Source: Macrostomum lignano
Lineage: Eukaryota
Reading direction: 5' to 3'
DNA length: 64,000 nucleotides
Assembly: GCA_002269645.1 (NCBI GenBank)
Contig: NIVC01000093.1
Span: forward strand, 620,001 to 684,000
Position 1 is the stretch's first letter, and the number at the start of each line of letters is the position of its first letter. This document shows positions 26,956 through 44,963 of this stretch, piece after piece. The notes beneath the pieces were generated by a model that worked only from the letters and a program-made list of their open reading frames with translations, ran no database searches and was not told where the DNA came from. A program made the position numbers and the translations under genes.

Positions 26956-27866
26956 TATATTGATAAGTGGAGAAGTGAAGTGAAAGGAAACAAAGTAGAT
27001 CTCAGATATTTAAAGCCATGACCCTCTAATCTCAGGAAGACCCATCTAGGATTAGAAAGAATATATCAGATACAAACATGCAGTAGATATACCAGTAACA
27101 TATATACTGCTTAGGTCAGATTTATACGAAATGCTACTAGTACAGAGTTGGAATACTTACCAATAAAAGATAACTAATGCTCAGATATATACTCTGACAA
27201 ATACTTAGATATATTACTCAGACAGATATTAATATTTATGCTCAGAGGGAACAATAATCAAGGACTAATTTAGGATAGTAGTATAAGCTCTGTAACTGCT
27301 TAGTGATAGCAATTAAGATTCAGAGAAAAAATCAAGCCTGGTTGCAACTTTGGTGGCATTTTGATAAGACAAATAAGCTAAGACAACATTGGTGAAAATG
27401 GTGCAATTATTCCTAACAGAAAAGAAAACCCCCTAGAACAAATCTTAGGACCCCTAGTTTTTGTTTTATTTTGAGAAATGAATTGCATTATTGTTATTTG
27501 TTATGAATTCATACACTATAGGTAGTAGAAAAAAAAACAATAATTTATACAAAAGCATTTAACTTTTGTTTAAATTAATATTCAAATTTTTGTAGAAATT
27601 TAGGAAAAAATGAATATTAAAATAATTGATTTCTTTATTAAAACAATGGTAAGCATATTAGTTTTTCAAATAACTGTTGAAAGCTTCTAATGCATTTCAA
27701 TAAAAGTTTAATTATTGGAACATAGTGTATATATATATTTAATGTTATTTAATTTGAACCTTTCTGCAATTGAAAACTCTTTGAACAGACAGACAGTGTT
27801 GATCAGCGGGTCTCACAAAACATTTGACTCATTTAAAAGTACACTGGTGAGATACGGCAAGCAGAC

Positions 27867-29775
27867 ATGTGCGCATTAAAGATGCCAACTAATCAGAAGC
27901 GCCTGACCAATGTGTCAGTAGTGCGTATGAAACGCGGCGGTCAACGCTTCGAAATTGCCTGTTATCCAAACAAAGTTCGTGCATGGCGAGATCGAATAGA
28001 AAAAGATCTCAGCCAGGTGCTTCAAACTGAAGCGGTATTCGCCAATGTATCCAAAGGTGAAGTGGCCAAACGAGAAGATATGAAGAAAGCATTTGGTACT
28101 GAGAATGTTTCGGAAATTTGTCAGCTGATATTGAATAAAGGCGAGATACAGCTAACTGAAAAGGAGCGCTCAGCTCAACAGCAGGCTATGCTCAAGGATA
28201 TTGCTAAATTAATTGCTGATAGGTGAGTATACAGGTACTCTGTAAGAGTTGACAAATTATTGGAGAGTTGGGGAGAGCATTGAATTTAAGACACGGCCAA
28301 CCATATTCAACCCATGCTTCAACTATTGTCTATGGCCAAAACCATGCATATGGAAAGCATTGAATTTAAGACACGACCAACCATATTCATTAATTCAACC
28401 CTTAAACCGTGTATGGGGAAAGCATTGAATTTAAGACACGGCCAACCATGTTCAACCCATGCTTTAGCTATTGTTTATGGCCAAAACCGTGTATGGGGAA
28501 AGCATTGAATTTAAGACACCGCCAACCATATTCAACCCCATTGTCTATGGCGAAAACTGTTTATGGGAGATCATTGAATTTAAGACACCGAGAAGTTGAC
28601 CTCCTGTAAATTGATCTCGTCTGGAGGGCTCATCAACTTCATTTACACGTTGGGCATGACTTCTATAATTCTGCCATAAACGAAATTGGAAGCATTGGTT
28701 GATTGAAATTGTCTTAAAATGAATGCTCGAATTCTTGAATAAAATGAAAAAGTAAACCGAGCTCTCAACATGGATTCTCAATTATATTTGGCTTTCAACC
28801 ATAAACAAAAACTGTCTATGGCCAAAACCAAAATCCACGCTACTACTATTGAAAATCTTATCTCGTTTCACATCCAATCAAATTCTACAAACAGATGCCT
28901 AAATCCGGACACAAAACGGCCCTACACTTCGGTGGCAATTGAGTCGGCGCTTAAAGATGCTCATTTTGTTGTAAAACTCAACAAATCTAGTAAGCAACAG
29001 GTAATAAGCCATTATTTTTATTACCAAAGTTTGGGGACATTGGGCACTATATAGGCCGCTTGTAAATCCTGTGTGTAAGTGGGACCGATTCCAAGTTTAG
29101 TCACATTAATTTGGGGCTAAGTTGGAATTGGGCTTGGCTTTGCTGTGACTGGATACGTATCCGCGCGCTTGTGTGCCTGCTCAGGAGAGTCAGTGGAATG
29201 GGCCCGTAGCAACTAGACTGGAATTCAAAGACAAGGGGTGAACTTTGATCCTGGGATTCAAACTCGCTGTTGAACTTCCCTCAAAGGCACTAGACGGTAT
29301 CCGGGCGCTTCGTACAGCTGGGAGGCTGCCGATCCAACGAGCCCTGATGCGAGCCCGCCTCCGGCTTGCCGACCCGCTGCTCCGGCCAGATGCTCTGGCT
29401 CTGTGCTCAAGAATCATAACCGACTCATCTGCCGCCGCGAGTTCAAGCGAATCCAGCGACCCTACTCAGAAGCAACAACAACCGCTCGAACTTGTGGTTG
29501 CTATGGAACCAGCCGGAGTTCGAGCCCTGGAGGATCTGTTGCGATCGCGATCTCCCGGCAGCTCCCTAGAGGTGCTCGATCTGCGTCTTGAAGAGGATGG
29601 AGATGACCCCGAGAATGGTGACGATTTTGTTGATGAAGCCGATCACAGTGATGGAGCAAAAGCTGAAAATATTGCCGTTGATAATTCAAAATCTGAAGCT
29701 GATGCAGCGGCTGCGGCAGCTGCTGAGGAGCTCAATAGGCGGTTGACTCTAGCAGCTGAAGATGACGATTATTGA
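27867..29775 (+). CDS. SBDS: Ribosome maturation protein SBDS (316 aa)
   Basis: Exons 27867-28222, 28895-29000 and 29287-29775 with matching phases. Motifs [41 protein letters not shown] and KQQ|ALD..IQRALMR. Confidence 0.95.
28278..28590. repeat. Tandem repeat of about 72 bp in SBDS intron 1
   Basis: GCATTGAATTTAAGACAC...TATGGCCAAAACC repeated about 4-5 times. Confidence 0.85.
29040..29190 (+). mobile_element. Dispersed repeat fragment related to 5325-5570, in SBDS intron 2
   Basis: Shared blocks ATTTGGGGCTAAGTTGGAAT and ACGTATCCGCG.GCTT..GTGTGCCTGCTCA. Confidence 0.55.
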
Positions 29776-30470
29776 TTATAAGTATTAATGTTACAATAAG
29801 CTCGCGAGGCCTATTTATAATTTAACTTACAAATATGATAGCCTATTGATAAATGTATTTGATTGCGACTTGAAGGATTTAGGCGAGCTGAGTGAAATAA
29901 TAAATATGCTAATTGATGGGATCTAACTTTATTTTTGTCATTCTTTCTATAAGAGCATTTCTTGGCTTTGCAGATATAAATTGTCTTCAATTTATTTACA
30001 GTTACATAAAATAGTTAGTTAGAAATAGCTACTATTTTCTTTGCTTGCTACGTATAGTAGCAGGAAAAGACACTGTTTTATTTTACGTTTTACCACGCTA
30101 AAGTTCTAATTTTAGGTTGCTTCTCTAACGGTACATTGTCCTTATTTTCTGTCCTTGTCACTCCTACCAATATCTTATCTTAGTTCACGTGATTTGATTT
30201 TTAGCTAACGAATCACACAATAGTTTTTAATCAAAAAAGAAATATCATTGCTATTAGGCGTGATTCTCGTTCCACTGCAGGCAAATTGACTTAACTTAAC
30301 CCCTGCTGTTTATCAGTTTGCCTAACAATAAACATTTTGATGTCTTCTTTTTCCTATATTGTTTACTGTACACGTTTACAGATTACTGTATGTGTCGCCT
30401 AAATAGAACAGAAGCAATCTAAGATCGCAGAAAAAAAACCTTATTAAAACTTAACTACCACAGATAGTAT

Positions 30471-30906
30471 AATAACTAGATGGGCCACTCAGGCACATAT
30501 ACTTAGTGAAACAGCTTTCTACTTTCAGTTCAGTAGCAAAGAAGAATACAGAAGCTATTTTATAAAAATAAAGCCAGCTGAAATGACTTTGATAAGTTTA
30601 GATGCGCAAGCGTGGGCGTAAAACAACTTGCTAATTGGTTCAGCAATAATGTACATTGGCCAGTCCACTGAAATGTACATAGCCGCTTCAGGCTGGAACT
30701 CCGAGAAAGGCAATAAAAATTAGGGCTGGGCCGCCTGGGCGGGGGTTAGTGTGGAAAGGCGCGGTTGGAGGGTTGAAGCCTAGGGGTAAGAGCCAGTAAA
30801 TTAGCCTCTGGCTTTAAATAAAATATACTAAAATGCTTCTGTTTAACTTACTAATGAACTGAAAGTAGCATATACGCAACTGTGCTGAGTGGCCCATCTA
30901 GTTATT
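30471..30906. mobile_element. MITE-like element with TIRs of about 26 bp, upstream of MRPS23
   Basis: AATAACTAGATGGGCCACTCAG(G)CACA at 30471 and its reverse complement at 30881-30906; no TSD seen. Confidence 0.65.
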
Positions 30907-31218
30907 CTTGTATCTCAAAATATCAATTCTTTCTTATATCTCAAAAGCCTCAAAAAACTTATTGGATATCTTTAATGCCTTATTAGTCCGAAACTACTTG
31001 GGTCACGTGATTAGATTTTGTTAAAATAACGGGAAAATATCCGTTTTTTCTTTACTTTCTACTTACAGTAATTCAGTTAGATATTTTTGTCTGCCCATAC
31101 CTCGTGTAATGCGATTCTTTCTTGTATCTATATGAAAGTAATATAAGCAGTTTTTTCTTGTTTTGCTACTTACAGTAAGAACATTTAAATATTTTAAATT
31201 TCAGCGTATTTTTTAATA

Positions 31219-31970
31219 ATGGCCGGCAGCCGGTTGGAACGATTCACTCCGCTGTTTAGCCGGATTAGCGGCCTAATCCGTAGCGGCGCCGTGGCGCCAA
31301 ACGGCGCGCCGCTTTGGTACGACGTCTATGCCAGATTCCCGCCAGCTGAGGAGCCCCGATTTGAACGGCCGGTACCGCCGCAGGCTGTCCGCCAGATACT
31401 CTACGCTGAGGACGTTGATCGACAGCGTCAGTTCGCTGACGGGTCCACGTCTGGCCAGCTGCACAACCTCTTTCTGTTGGAGGCTCCGGCTATGGCTGTC
31501 GCTCCCGCCGCCGCCGCCGACTCGTCTTCGTCGACAAATTCAGCGTCGGAGACTCGATTAGACCAACGTCAGCTGGCTCATCATCTGTCTATTGTCCGGC
31601 GACTTCGGCCAGATCTGTCCGAGTCTGAGCAGTCCAGTTTGGCTAAACAGTTGTGCTTAGAAGCTGAGGCTGACACTAGAGATAGGTGAGGGAATGTGTT
31701 TTTTAATAGCTAATCAATGTATCAGGTGAAGCCTTTGTGTTTTTTTGTTACCGCTGTTTGCTATTTGTTTAATAATTATAAATAAACAGCATTAGTATGT
31801 AGCTCACGTGTTCAAGTCAATAAGAGTCTACATTCAACTGAGGTAGTAAAACTGTAACTAACATTTTTTACCTTCTATCTCTGTCATTGTTCTTTTTTAG
31901 ACCAAGCTCTCAACTGTGGGAATCATCGGTAGATAACCCTCTCCTGACAGAATCACACTTGGAGCTTTAA
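31219..31970 (+). CDS. MRPS23: Mitochondrial ribosomal protein S23 (about 178 aa)
   Basis: MAGSRLE..LFSR...RSG....PLWYDVYARFPP..EPRFERP..ILYAED matches mS23. Exons 31219-31685 and 31901-31970; the phase-2 junction gives AGA. Confidence 0.88.
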
Positions 31971-33007
31971 CTTAACCCTCTCCTGACAGAATCACACTTG
32001 GAGCTTTAACTTAACCCTCTCCTGACAGAATCACACTTGGAGCTTTAACTTAACCCTCTCCTGACAGAATCACACTTGGAGCTTTAACTTAACCCTCTCC
32101 TGACAGAATCACACTTGGAGCTTTAACTTAACCCTCTCCTGACAGAATCACACTTGGAGCTTTAACTTAACCCTCCCCTGACAGAATCACACTTGGAGCT
32201 TTAACTTAACCCTCTCCTGACAGAATCACAGTTGTAGCTAACCCTCTCCTGACAGAATCACAGTTGTAGCTAACCCTCTCCTGACAGAATCACAGTTGTA
32301 GCTAACCCTCTCCTGACAGAATCACAGTTGTAGCAACCCTCCTGACAGAATCACACTTGTAGCTAACCCTCTCCTGACAGAATCACAGTTGTAGCTAACC
32401 CTCTCCTGACAGAATCACAGTTGTAGCAACCCTCCCCTGACAGAATCACACTTGGAGCTTTAACTTAACCCTCTCCTGACAGAATCACAGTTGTAGCTAA
32501 CCCTCTCCTGACAGAATCACAGTTGTAGCTAACCCTCTCCTGACAGAATCACAGTTGTAGCAACCCTCTCCTGACAGAATCACACTTGTAGCTAACCCTC
32601 TCCTGACAGAATCACAGTTGTAGCTAACCCTGCCCTGACAGAATCACACTTGTAGCTAACCCTGCCCTGACAGAATCACACTTGTAGATAACCCTGCCCT
32701 GACAGAATCACACTTGTAGTCAACCCTCCCTGACAGAATCACACTTGTAGCTAACCCTCCCCTGACAGAATCACACACTTGTAGCTAACCCTCCCCTGAC
32801 AGAATCACACTTGTAGCTAACCCTCCCCTGACAGAATCACACACTTGTAGCTAACCCTCCCCTGACAGAATCACACTTGTAGCTAACCCTCCCCTGACAG
32901 AATCACACACTTGTAGCTAACCCTCCCCTGACAGAATCACACACTTGTAGCTAACCCTCCCCTGACAGAATCACACACTTGTAGCTAACCCTCCCCTGAC
33001 AGAATCA
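31935..33007. repeat. Minisatellite of 39-bp then about 32-bp units (AACCCTCTCCTGACAGAATCACA..) starting inside the last MRPS23 exon
   Basis: Direct reading; unit type changes along the array. Confidence 0.93.
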
Positions 33008-33844
33008 TATTCAAGATTTCCCCAGAATCCCAATTAGCCGACGCAAAGTGCATGGGTTTTTGTTATTTTACTTGTGCCAGCTGGAAAGCAACCAAGCTTT
33101 GTACTCAATCCTGATGCCTTGAACTTGACTAATTGAATCAGTCCTAATTGCACACAGGCAGTCTGCTCAATAAGCCATGCAATCTGAGTCAGCTGCTTGG
33201 AAACACGCGCCGAAGGTTCGTCTTGAATTAACTTCGTTAGCTCGCTATCGCAGCTGCTTCTGTCGCTGTCCTTTTATTCCAGTTGGCCAACATGTTAATT
33301 GCATTCCCTACTTCTAAAGGGAACTGTGAGCACAAGGCAGTAAATGGTGGCTGGATCTCTGATTTAGTAGGATCTAATATCTGCCTCAATCTGTATGCCA
33401 CTCGTGTTCTCGTATAGACTCTAGGAGATAAACTTGAAAGAAAAACAAAATTAAAACTGCGCAGCTGCTCACACAGTTGTCCAAGGAGCATCTAGCGACG
33501 CTTGCAGATGTTGTAGCTCTTCTCAGGTTTTCCCAGGTCGTAGTGGCACTACAGGGACATCGTTAGGAATATCGGGTTCCACGTCAGCACACGGAAGAGG
33601 CACATCGTCAGATCGTCACGGGCAGTTAAGTTGAAGGCGCTCCAGAGCTTCTGGGGTTCGCTAGTACTTTTATGAGCTAGAGAGGAACTAAGTACGAGAT
33701 TATCTAGTAGAAGTTTGCTCTTCGCATTAGAAATTCAGTAGTAATCAAGTCGCTTTATTGATTGAAAGTAAACTAATACTACTACGGATCGTTTAAAAAT
33801 GGTTGCTTGTTCAAACTGACGCTTTCCGTCAGGCACCTTAACAC

Positions 33845-34945
33845 CAGAGTTGAACACCCCTGGCACCAGAATTCAACATGCCTGGCACCACAGTCGAATA
33901 TCCCTGACACCACAATCGAACTCTCCTGGCACCACAGTCGAATATCCCTGACACCACAATCGAACTCTCCTGGCACCACAGTCGAATATCCCTGACACCA
34001 CAATCGAACTCTCCTGGCACCACAGTCGAATATCCCTGACACCACAATCGAACTCTCCTGACACCACAGTCGAATATCCCTGACACCACAATCGAACTCT
34101 CCTGACACCACAGTCGAATATCCCTGACACCACAGTCGGACTCTCCTGACACCACAGTCGGACATCCCTGACACCACAGTCGGACATCCCTGACACCAAT
34201 ATCGAACTCTCCTGACACCCCAGTCGAACGTCCCTGACACCACATCGGACTCTCCTGACACCACAGTCGAACTCTCCTGACACCACAGTCGGACATTCCT
34301 GACACCACAATCGAACTCTCCTGACACCACAGTCGGACATCCCTGACACCACAGTCGAACATCCCTGACACCACAGTCGGACATCCCTGACACCACAGTC
34401 AAACATCCCTGAAACCACAGTCACATCCCTGACACCACAGTCGAATATCCCTGACACCACAATCGAACTCTCCTGACACCACAGTCGAATATCCCTGACA
34501 CCACAGTCGGACTCTCCTGACACCACAGTCGGACATCCCTGACACCACAGTCGGACATCCCTGACACCAATATCGAACTCTCCTGACACCCCAGTCGAAC
34601 GTCCCTGACACCACATCGGACTCTCCTGACACCACAGTCGAACTCTCCTGACACCACAGTCGGACATTCCTGACACCACAATCGAACTCTCCTGACACCA
34701 CAGTCGGACATCCCTGACACCACAGTCGAACATCCCTGACACCACAGTCGGACATCCCTGACACCACAGTCAAACATCCCTGAAACCACAGTCACATCCC
34801 TGACACCACAGTCGAATATCCCTGACACCACAATCGAACTCTCCTGACACTACAGTCGAACATCCTTGACACCACAGTCGAACATTCCTGACACCACAGT
34901 CGAACATCCCTGACACCACATCGGACTCTCCTGACACCACAGTTA
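33845..34945. repeat. 22-bp minisatellite (CATCCCTGACACCACAGTCGAA / CTCTCCTGACACCACAGTCG)n with higher-order duplication
   Basis: Direct reading; block 34050-34430 recurs at about 34430-34830. Confidence 0.93.
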
Positions 34946-35819
34946 AGGGACCGATGACTATTTTGTGCCATTTTCAGATTATAGTACATGTGCTTTATAT
35001 ATGCTGATTTATAATGTTCTTAAAGGAGCGATATGGTTCCTTTTGAGCAGCTGGAAATTACCTTATGACGCGAGACCATGTCTTCTAACAACTATTAGCG
35101 ATGAATAGATGCCTTATTTAAAGCAGACAGGAGACAAGAATAAGGAGACTTTGATAGTTTCTCTCGGAGACTGACGGACAGACAAGCAGGACGGCCTGTC
35201 CTTCAATTATGGTTGATCGGGGACAGAAAGATCAATGAGTGGATAGAAATAAGTTAGACTTTTACCCGTAGTCTTTGAAGTAGACTTCCTGTCTAAAGAG
35301 CCGACATTAATTTCCAATTAAGAATATAAAGTTAAAATAAAATGGATGAAATCTTTTAGTACGTGTAGATTAGTTACCTGCCCAGTGATCAATCATAGTT
35401 GGTTCATGAAAAGAGTGGAAGCTAATCGTGTTTTCCTCACTCGATTGGGCCTATCTTGACTAAGAGTCAGTTCGAATATACTATAAAAGTCGAATAGTAA
35501 GTAGTTTTCTATTAGCCCCAAGTTCAAGGCTATCTCGTTTCCTCTGCACGACTTTACAAGAAACTTCGACTTTTCTCTGAAGACGTTTCCGAAGTACGAC
35601 TTCGGATAGAAAGAAACATCGTCGATAGCTATTAAACTGATTTTCCAAGAATCTGATTCTGGGCTTAACTTCTCGTTTCAGAAGGGATTTAAAAACACCT
35701 GATTCTACACGTGAATAGACCAGAGACCGCTAGAAGTTACTAGTAGAAATTTATTTTAAAAGTTGAATATTAAGCTTTAAAATGGATTAGCGAGATATCT
35801 ATTCTATCCCTGTTTCTTA

Positions 35820-36548
35820 GTGGGCGCCCTTGTCTTTTGGTGTGCACCCCTGTCTCATGGTGGGTGCCCCTGTCTCATGGTGGGCGCCCCTGTCTGATGG
35901 TGGGCGCCCTGTTTCTTTGGGCGCCCCTGCCTGATAGTGGGTGCCCCTGTCTGATAGTGGGTGCCCCTGTCTGGTAGTGAGTGCTCCTGTTTTGATGGTG
36001 GGTGCCCTGTCTGATGGTGGGTGCCCTGTCTGATGGTGGGTGCCCTGTCTGATGGTGGGCACCCCTGTCTGATGGTGGGCGCCCCTGTCTGATGGTGGGC
36101 GCCCCTGTCTTTTGGTGGGCGTCCCTGTCTCTTGGTTGGCGCCCCTGTCTCTTGGTTGGCGCCCCTGTCTCTTGGTTGGCGCCCCTGTCTCTTGGTTGGC
36201 GCCCCTGTCTCTTGGTTGGCGCCCCTGTCTCTTGGTTGGCGCCCCTGTCTCTTGGTTGGCGCCTCTGTCTCTTGGTGGGTGTCCCTGTCTCTTGGTTGGC
36301 GCCCCTGTCTCTTGGTTGGCGCCTCTGTCTCTTGGTGGGCGCCCCTGTCTCTTGGTTGGCGCCTCTGTCTCTTGGTGGGTGTCCCTGTCTCTTGGTTGGC
36401 GCCTCTGTCTGATGGTGGGTGTCCCTGTCTCTTGGTGGGCGCCCCGTCTCTTGGTTGGCGCCCCTGTCTCTTGGTGGGCGTCCCTGTCTCTTGGTTGGCG
36501 TCCCTGTCTCTTGGTTGGCGCCCCTGTCTCTTGGTGGGCGCCCCTGTC
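35820..36548. repeat. 20-bp minisatellite (GCCCCTGTCTCTTGGTTGGC)n
   Basis: Direct reading. Confidence 0.93.
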
Positions 36549-37129
36549 TACCAAGCGCAAAAGAGCTTAAATGTAAAGTTCATGTAAATGTTGGTTGTTT
36601 ACAACCGCGAATGCAGACTTTACGCTTCTGCCTTACTTGTAATTGTTTAAGGTTAATTATGAGTTGCTACTCTTTACTTGCTTCGAGGCTGTGCAGCCGA
36701 GGCCTCTTGTAGTGTCCAAATGACTTACATGTAGTTATAAGAAAATCAAATGCTTATTTATCTACGCAGCATATAGATTTATCGATTCCAGCCAAGAGCA
36801 GCTCACAGACTCCTCATGTCTACATGTGACACTTAAAAATGGATCACTAAGGGAGTTTGGCTTGGCCCCATCAATTCTCCCTATCTGTTCGTAGCGTATT
36901 CGCCTTAATAACGCATTTTTAAATCTGTGCCTGTCAGCTCTTCCTGGATGCACATCAGTTCCCGATGTTGCCTTTCAATCATCTTCGTTTGAGATTGCGT
37001 GCGCTGATCGACTCTGGCACAGCTACAGTGTGTAATTCCCTTATCCTCTAGAGGTGCCAATGAATATAAAGTAAAATATGAATATAAAGTACACTAAACA
37101 GAATTGCATTGTTTGCACATGTCTCTCAA

Positions 37130-39138
<2,009 letters not shown>

Positions 39139-39139
39139 G

Positions 39140-39497
39140 GAAACTGAAATTAACTTTTCAAAAAAGCACAGGAAGTTGATCAGCAGCTCCGGAGCAAAAT
39201 ACAGTCCGAGCAGAGCTAGAAAACATTTCATGCGTCGGGATGCCAGGCTAAAAATTCCCCCCAGCAACTGAGAAGCCGGAGGGCGATAGAAGCTTTCGAA
39301 AAAAATGTTTTTCTCTAATGGTCGCGTAAACACGGAGTCGCATACTTAATAGCTATTTTGCTAAGCTCATTTAGACCTTCCAGAGCATCCAAGTACCAAG
39401 TTACTCAGCTGCATGCTGTATCTTCTTTTCTGTTTGGTTGGGTCCTTGACTTCTCGCTGATAACCACTTTCTCTAATCTATCTATCTATCTATCTAC

Positions 39498-39575
<78 letters not shown>

Positions 39576-39609
39576 CATCTATCTATCTATCTATCTATCT
39601 GTCTATCTG

Positions 39610-39668
<59 letters not shown>

Positions 39669-39669
39669 G

Positions 39670-39756
<87 letters not shown>

Positions 39757-41080
39757 GTCTATCTATCTAGCTCGTATTTATGTTTTTTTCGCTGACATTT
39801 AAAGAAATACAGAAGTGTGTCTTACAGATGGAGAGTATTTTGAGAAAGCTGTCTTAAAGGATGTTATAACAATGATTGAAAGCAACAAATTTTCTTTTTT
39901 TCGACTTTACAAATCTGGGAAATCAGCGTGGCATAAAAATGCTTTTACACGACACGGTGTCCTCTCTGCTCTTTATCTTGGTGGTGGGCGATGTGCTCCG
40001 CCGATGTCAACGGGTCTACGGCTACGACTACGATGGGTCTACAATGTCTACAGCAACGGCATGAAGTGCGATAGCATTGAATCTCTGCCACTGACTACGA
40101 TGCGACAGCAAGCGCTGCGCCAAACTCTGACAACACTTACTGAAACCTTTTGGTTGCAGGCTCAGCCGATCTTCTGACTATGCTACAACCGTCGTTACAC
40201 ATATACATGCATCCCTCGTAGCCACTTTAAAGCAGCCCTTGGAAATGACATCTCCACTATTTAGACGTGCTTTCTGGCGTGGCCTGAACAAACAAAGGCT
40301 TCTAACTTAATAATACGAAACTTGCTGTAGTGTTCCTCGCATTTTTTACCGTAACGATGACAGCCTCTTTTCATGTTGGAGGATGTGCGTGTCTGCTGCA
40401 GCAAAGCTCGCGTTGAAAGCAGGTAACTTCCGGTTTAGGCAAGAAATTCAATCAGAATTTTCAAACTCAGCATACTGTAATGATTATTATTATAGGTACA
40501 TGATGATAGTTATTAAAATAATAACTTTATTCCGATATCTCCCTTTGCGTGTATTGATTCAAGCTTAAACAACATCTACTCTCAGAGTCAAGAATACGTG
40601 AGATAAACCTGCATATTTGTCGGTTTTGTAATAACTAAATTTTGTAATAACTAAATTTTGTAGTAACTAAATCTTTACAAATTTCGAGCTCGTAGATTAT
40701 TCAAGGTTTTACCATGTGTACTATTATACCGAAGCAGGATTTGAAGAAATCATATTTTTCTCGACCGTTTTGTCTATGGCAAAATCCCATTCAGCACTGT
40801 ACGTTCCCTAGGAATTAGAGAGCATGCTGAAGGCACTGGAGACACGAAAAATTTCTTTACCGGCCTCCAGCTCATTTCTAAGAAAGTCAGGTGCAATGTC
40901 CTTCAGGTTAAGCTGTCCATAGGGCTATTACGAGTGTACCATATGCTTTGGTTTCTATATGACTTGGCTGCAGTCTGCAGCTCCGTTCAGGAACGTCTTT
41001 GGAAAAGTCCGCTCTACGAAAACTATGGATATTTTGTTAATCTTTTTATCATGACAAGTTCGAAGAATTAAAACATCAAT
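39140..41080 (+). mobile_element. Decayed non-LTR retrotransposon reverse-transcriptase remnant, interrupted by (TCTA)n
   Basis: SFRPSRASKYQVTQL resembles GFRPGRSTxDQI; HDTVSSLLFILVVGDVLRRC resembles GDTLSPLLFILV; stops and frameshifts. Confidence 0.5.
39475..39770. repeat. (TCTA)n microsatellite
   Basis: Direct reading. Confidence 0.97.
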
Positions 41081-41084
41081 TTCT

Positions 41085-41157
41085 GTCCGTCTGTCTGTCT
41101 TAGTGTCTGTCTGTCTGTGTCTGTCTGTCTTAGTGTCTGTCAGTCTGTCTGTCTTAG

Positions 41158-41242
<85 letters not shown>

Positions 41243-41243
41243 T

Positions 41244-41338
<95 letters not shown>

Positions 41339-41519
41339 TAGTGTCTGTCTGTCTGTCTGTCTTAGTGTCTTTCTGTCTGTCTTAGTGTCTGTCTGTCTGT
41401 CTGTCTGTCTTAGTGTCTGTCTGTCTGTCTGTCTGTCTTAGTGTCTGTCTGTCTGTCTGTCTTAGTGTCTTTCTGTCTGTCTGTCTTAGTGTCTTTCTGT
41501 CTGTCTGTCTGTCTGTCTT

Positions 41520-41550
<31 letters not shown>

Positions 41551-41551
41551 T

Positions 41552-41606
<55 letters not shown>

Positions 41607-41633
41607 GCCTGTCTGTCTGTCTGTCTGTCTTAG

Positions 41634-41666
<33 letters not shown>

Positions 41667-41817
41667 TAGTGTCTGTCTGTCTGTCTGTCTTAGTGTCTTT
41701 CTGTCTGTCTTAGTGTCTGTCTGTCTGTCTGTCTTAGTGTCTTTCTGTCTGTCTTAGTGTCTGTCTGTCTGTCTGTCTGTCTGTCTTAGTGTCTGTCTGT
41801 CTGTCTGTCTGTCTTAG

Positions 41818-41870
<53 letters not shown>

Positions 41871-41871
41871 T

Positions 41872-41902
<31 letters not shown>

Positions 41903-41903
41903 T

Positions 41904-41982
<79 letters not shown>

Positions 41983-42075
41983 GCCTGTCTGTCTGTCTGT
42001 CTGTCTTAGTGTCTGTCTGTCTGTCTGTCTTAGTGTCTTTCTGTCTGTCTTAGTGTCTGTCTGTCTTTCTGTCTT

Positions 42076-42154
<79 letters not shown>

Positions 42155-42315
42155 TAGTGTCTGTCTGTCTGTCTGTCTTAGTGTCTTTCTGTCTGTCTTA
42201 GTGTCTGTCTGTCTGTCTGTCTGTCTTAGTGTCTGTCTGTCTGTCTGTCTGTCTTTCTGTCTGTCTGTCTGTCTGTCTTAGTGTCTTTCTGTCTGTCTGT
42301 CTGTCTGTCTGTCTT

Positions 42316-42346
<31 letters not shown>

Positions 42347-42347
42347 T

Positions 42348-42430
<83 letters not shown>

Positions 42431-42611
42431 GCCTGTCTGTCTGTCTGTCTGTCTTAGTGTCTGTCTGTCTGTCTGTCTTAGTGTCTTTCTGTCTGTCTTA
42501 GTGTCTGTCTGTCTGTCTGTCTGTCTTAGTGTCTGTCTGTCTGTCTGTCTTAGTGTCTTTCTGTCTGTCTGTCTGTCTGTCTGTCTTTCTGTCTGTCTGT
42601 CTGTCTGTCTT

Positions 42612-42702
<91 letters not shown>

Positions 42703-42703
42703 T

Positions 42704-42740
<37 letters not shown>
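41085..42740. repeat. (TCTG)n microsatellite with TTAGTG interruptions, directly downstream of the GPCR stop codon
   Basis: Direct reading. Confidence 0.97.
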
Positions 42741-42741
<1 letters not shown>

Positions 42742-42753
42742 CCTAACAGCCAT

Positions 42754-44963
<2,210 letters not shown>

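Larger units (their letters stand above)
33010..37040 (-). mobile_element. Heavily decayed non-LTR retrotransposon (LINE) remnant split by two minisatellites
   Basis: Minus-strand hints only: APE-like ELMCIQEE (about 36950), degenerate linker/RT-like text at 35000-35800, SEPQKLWSAFN (about 33640); many stops. Confidence 0.4.
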
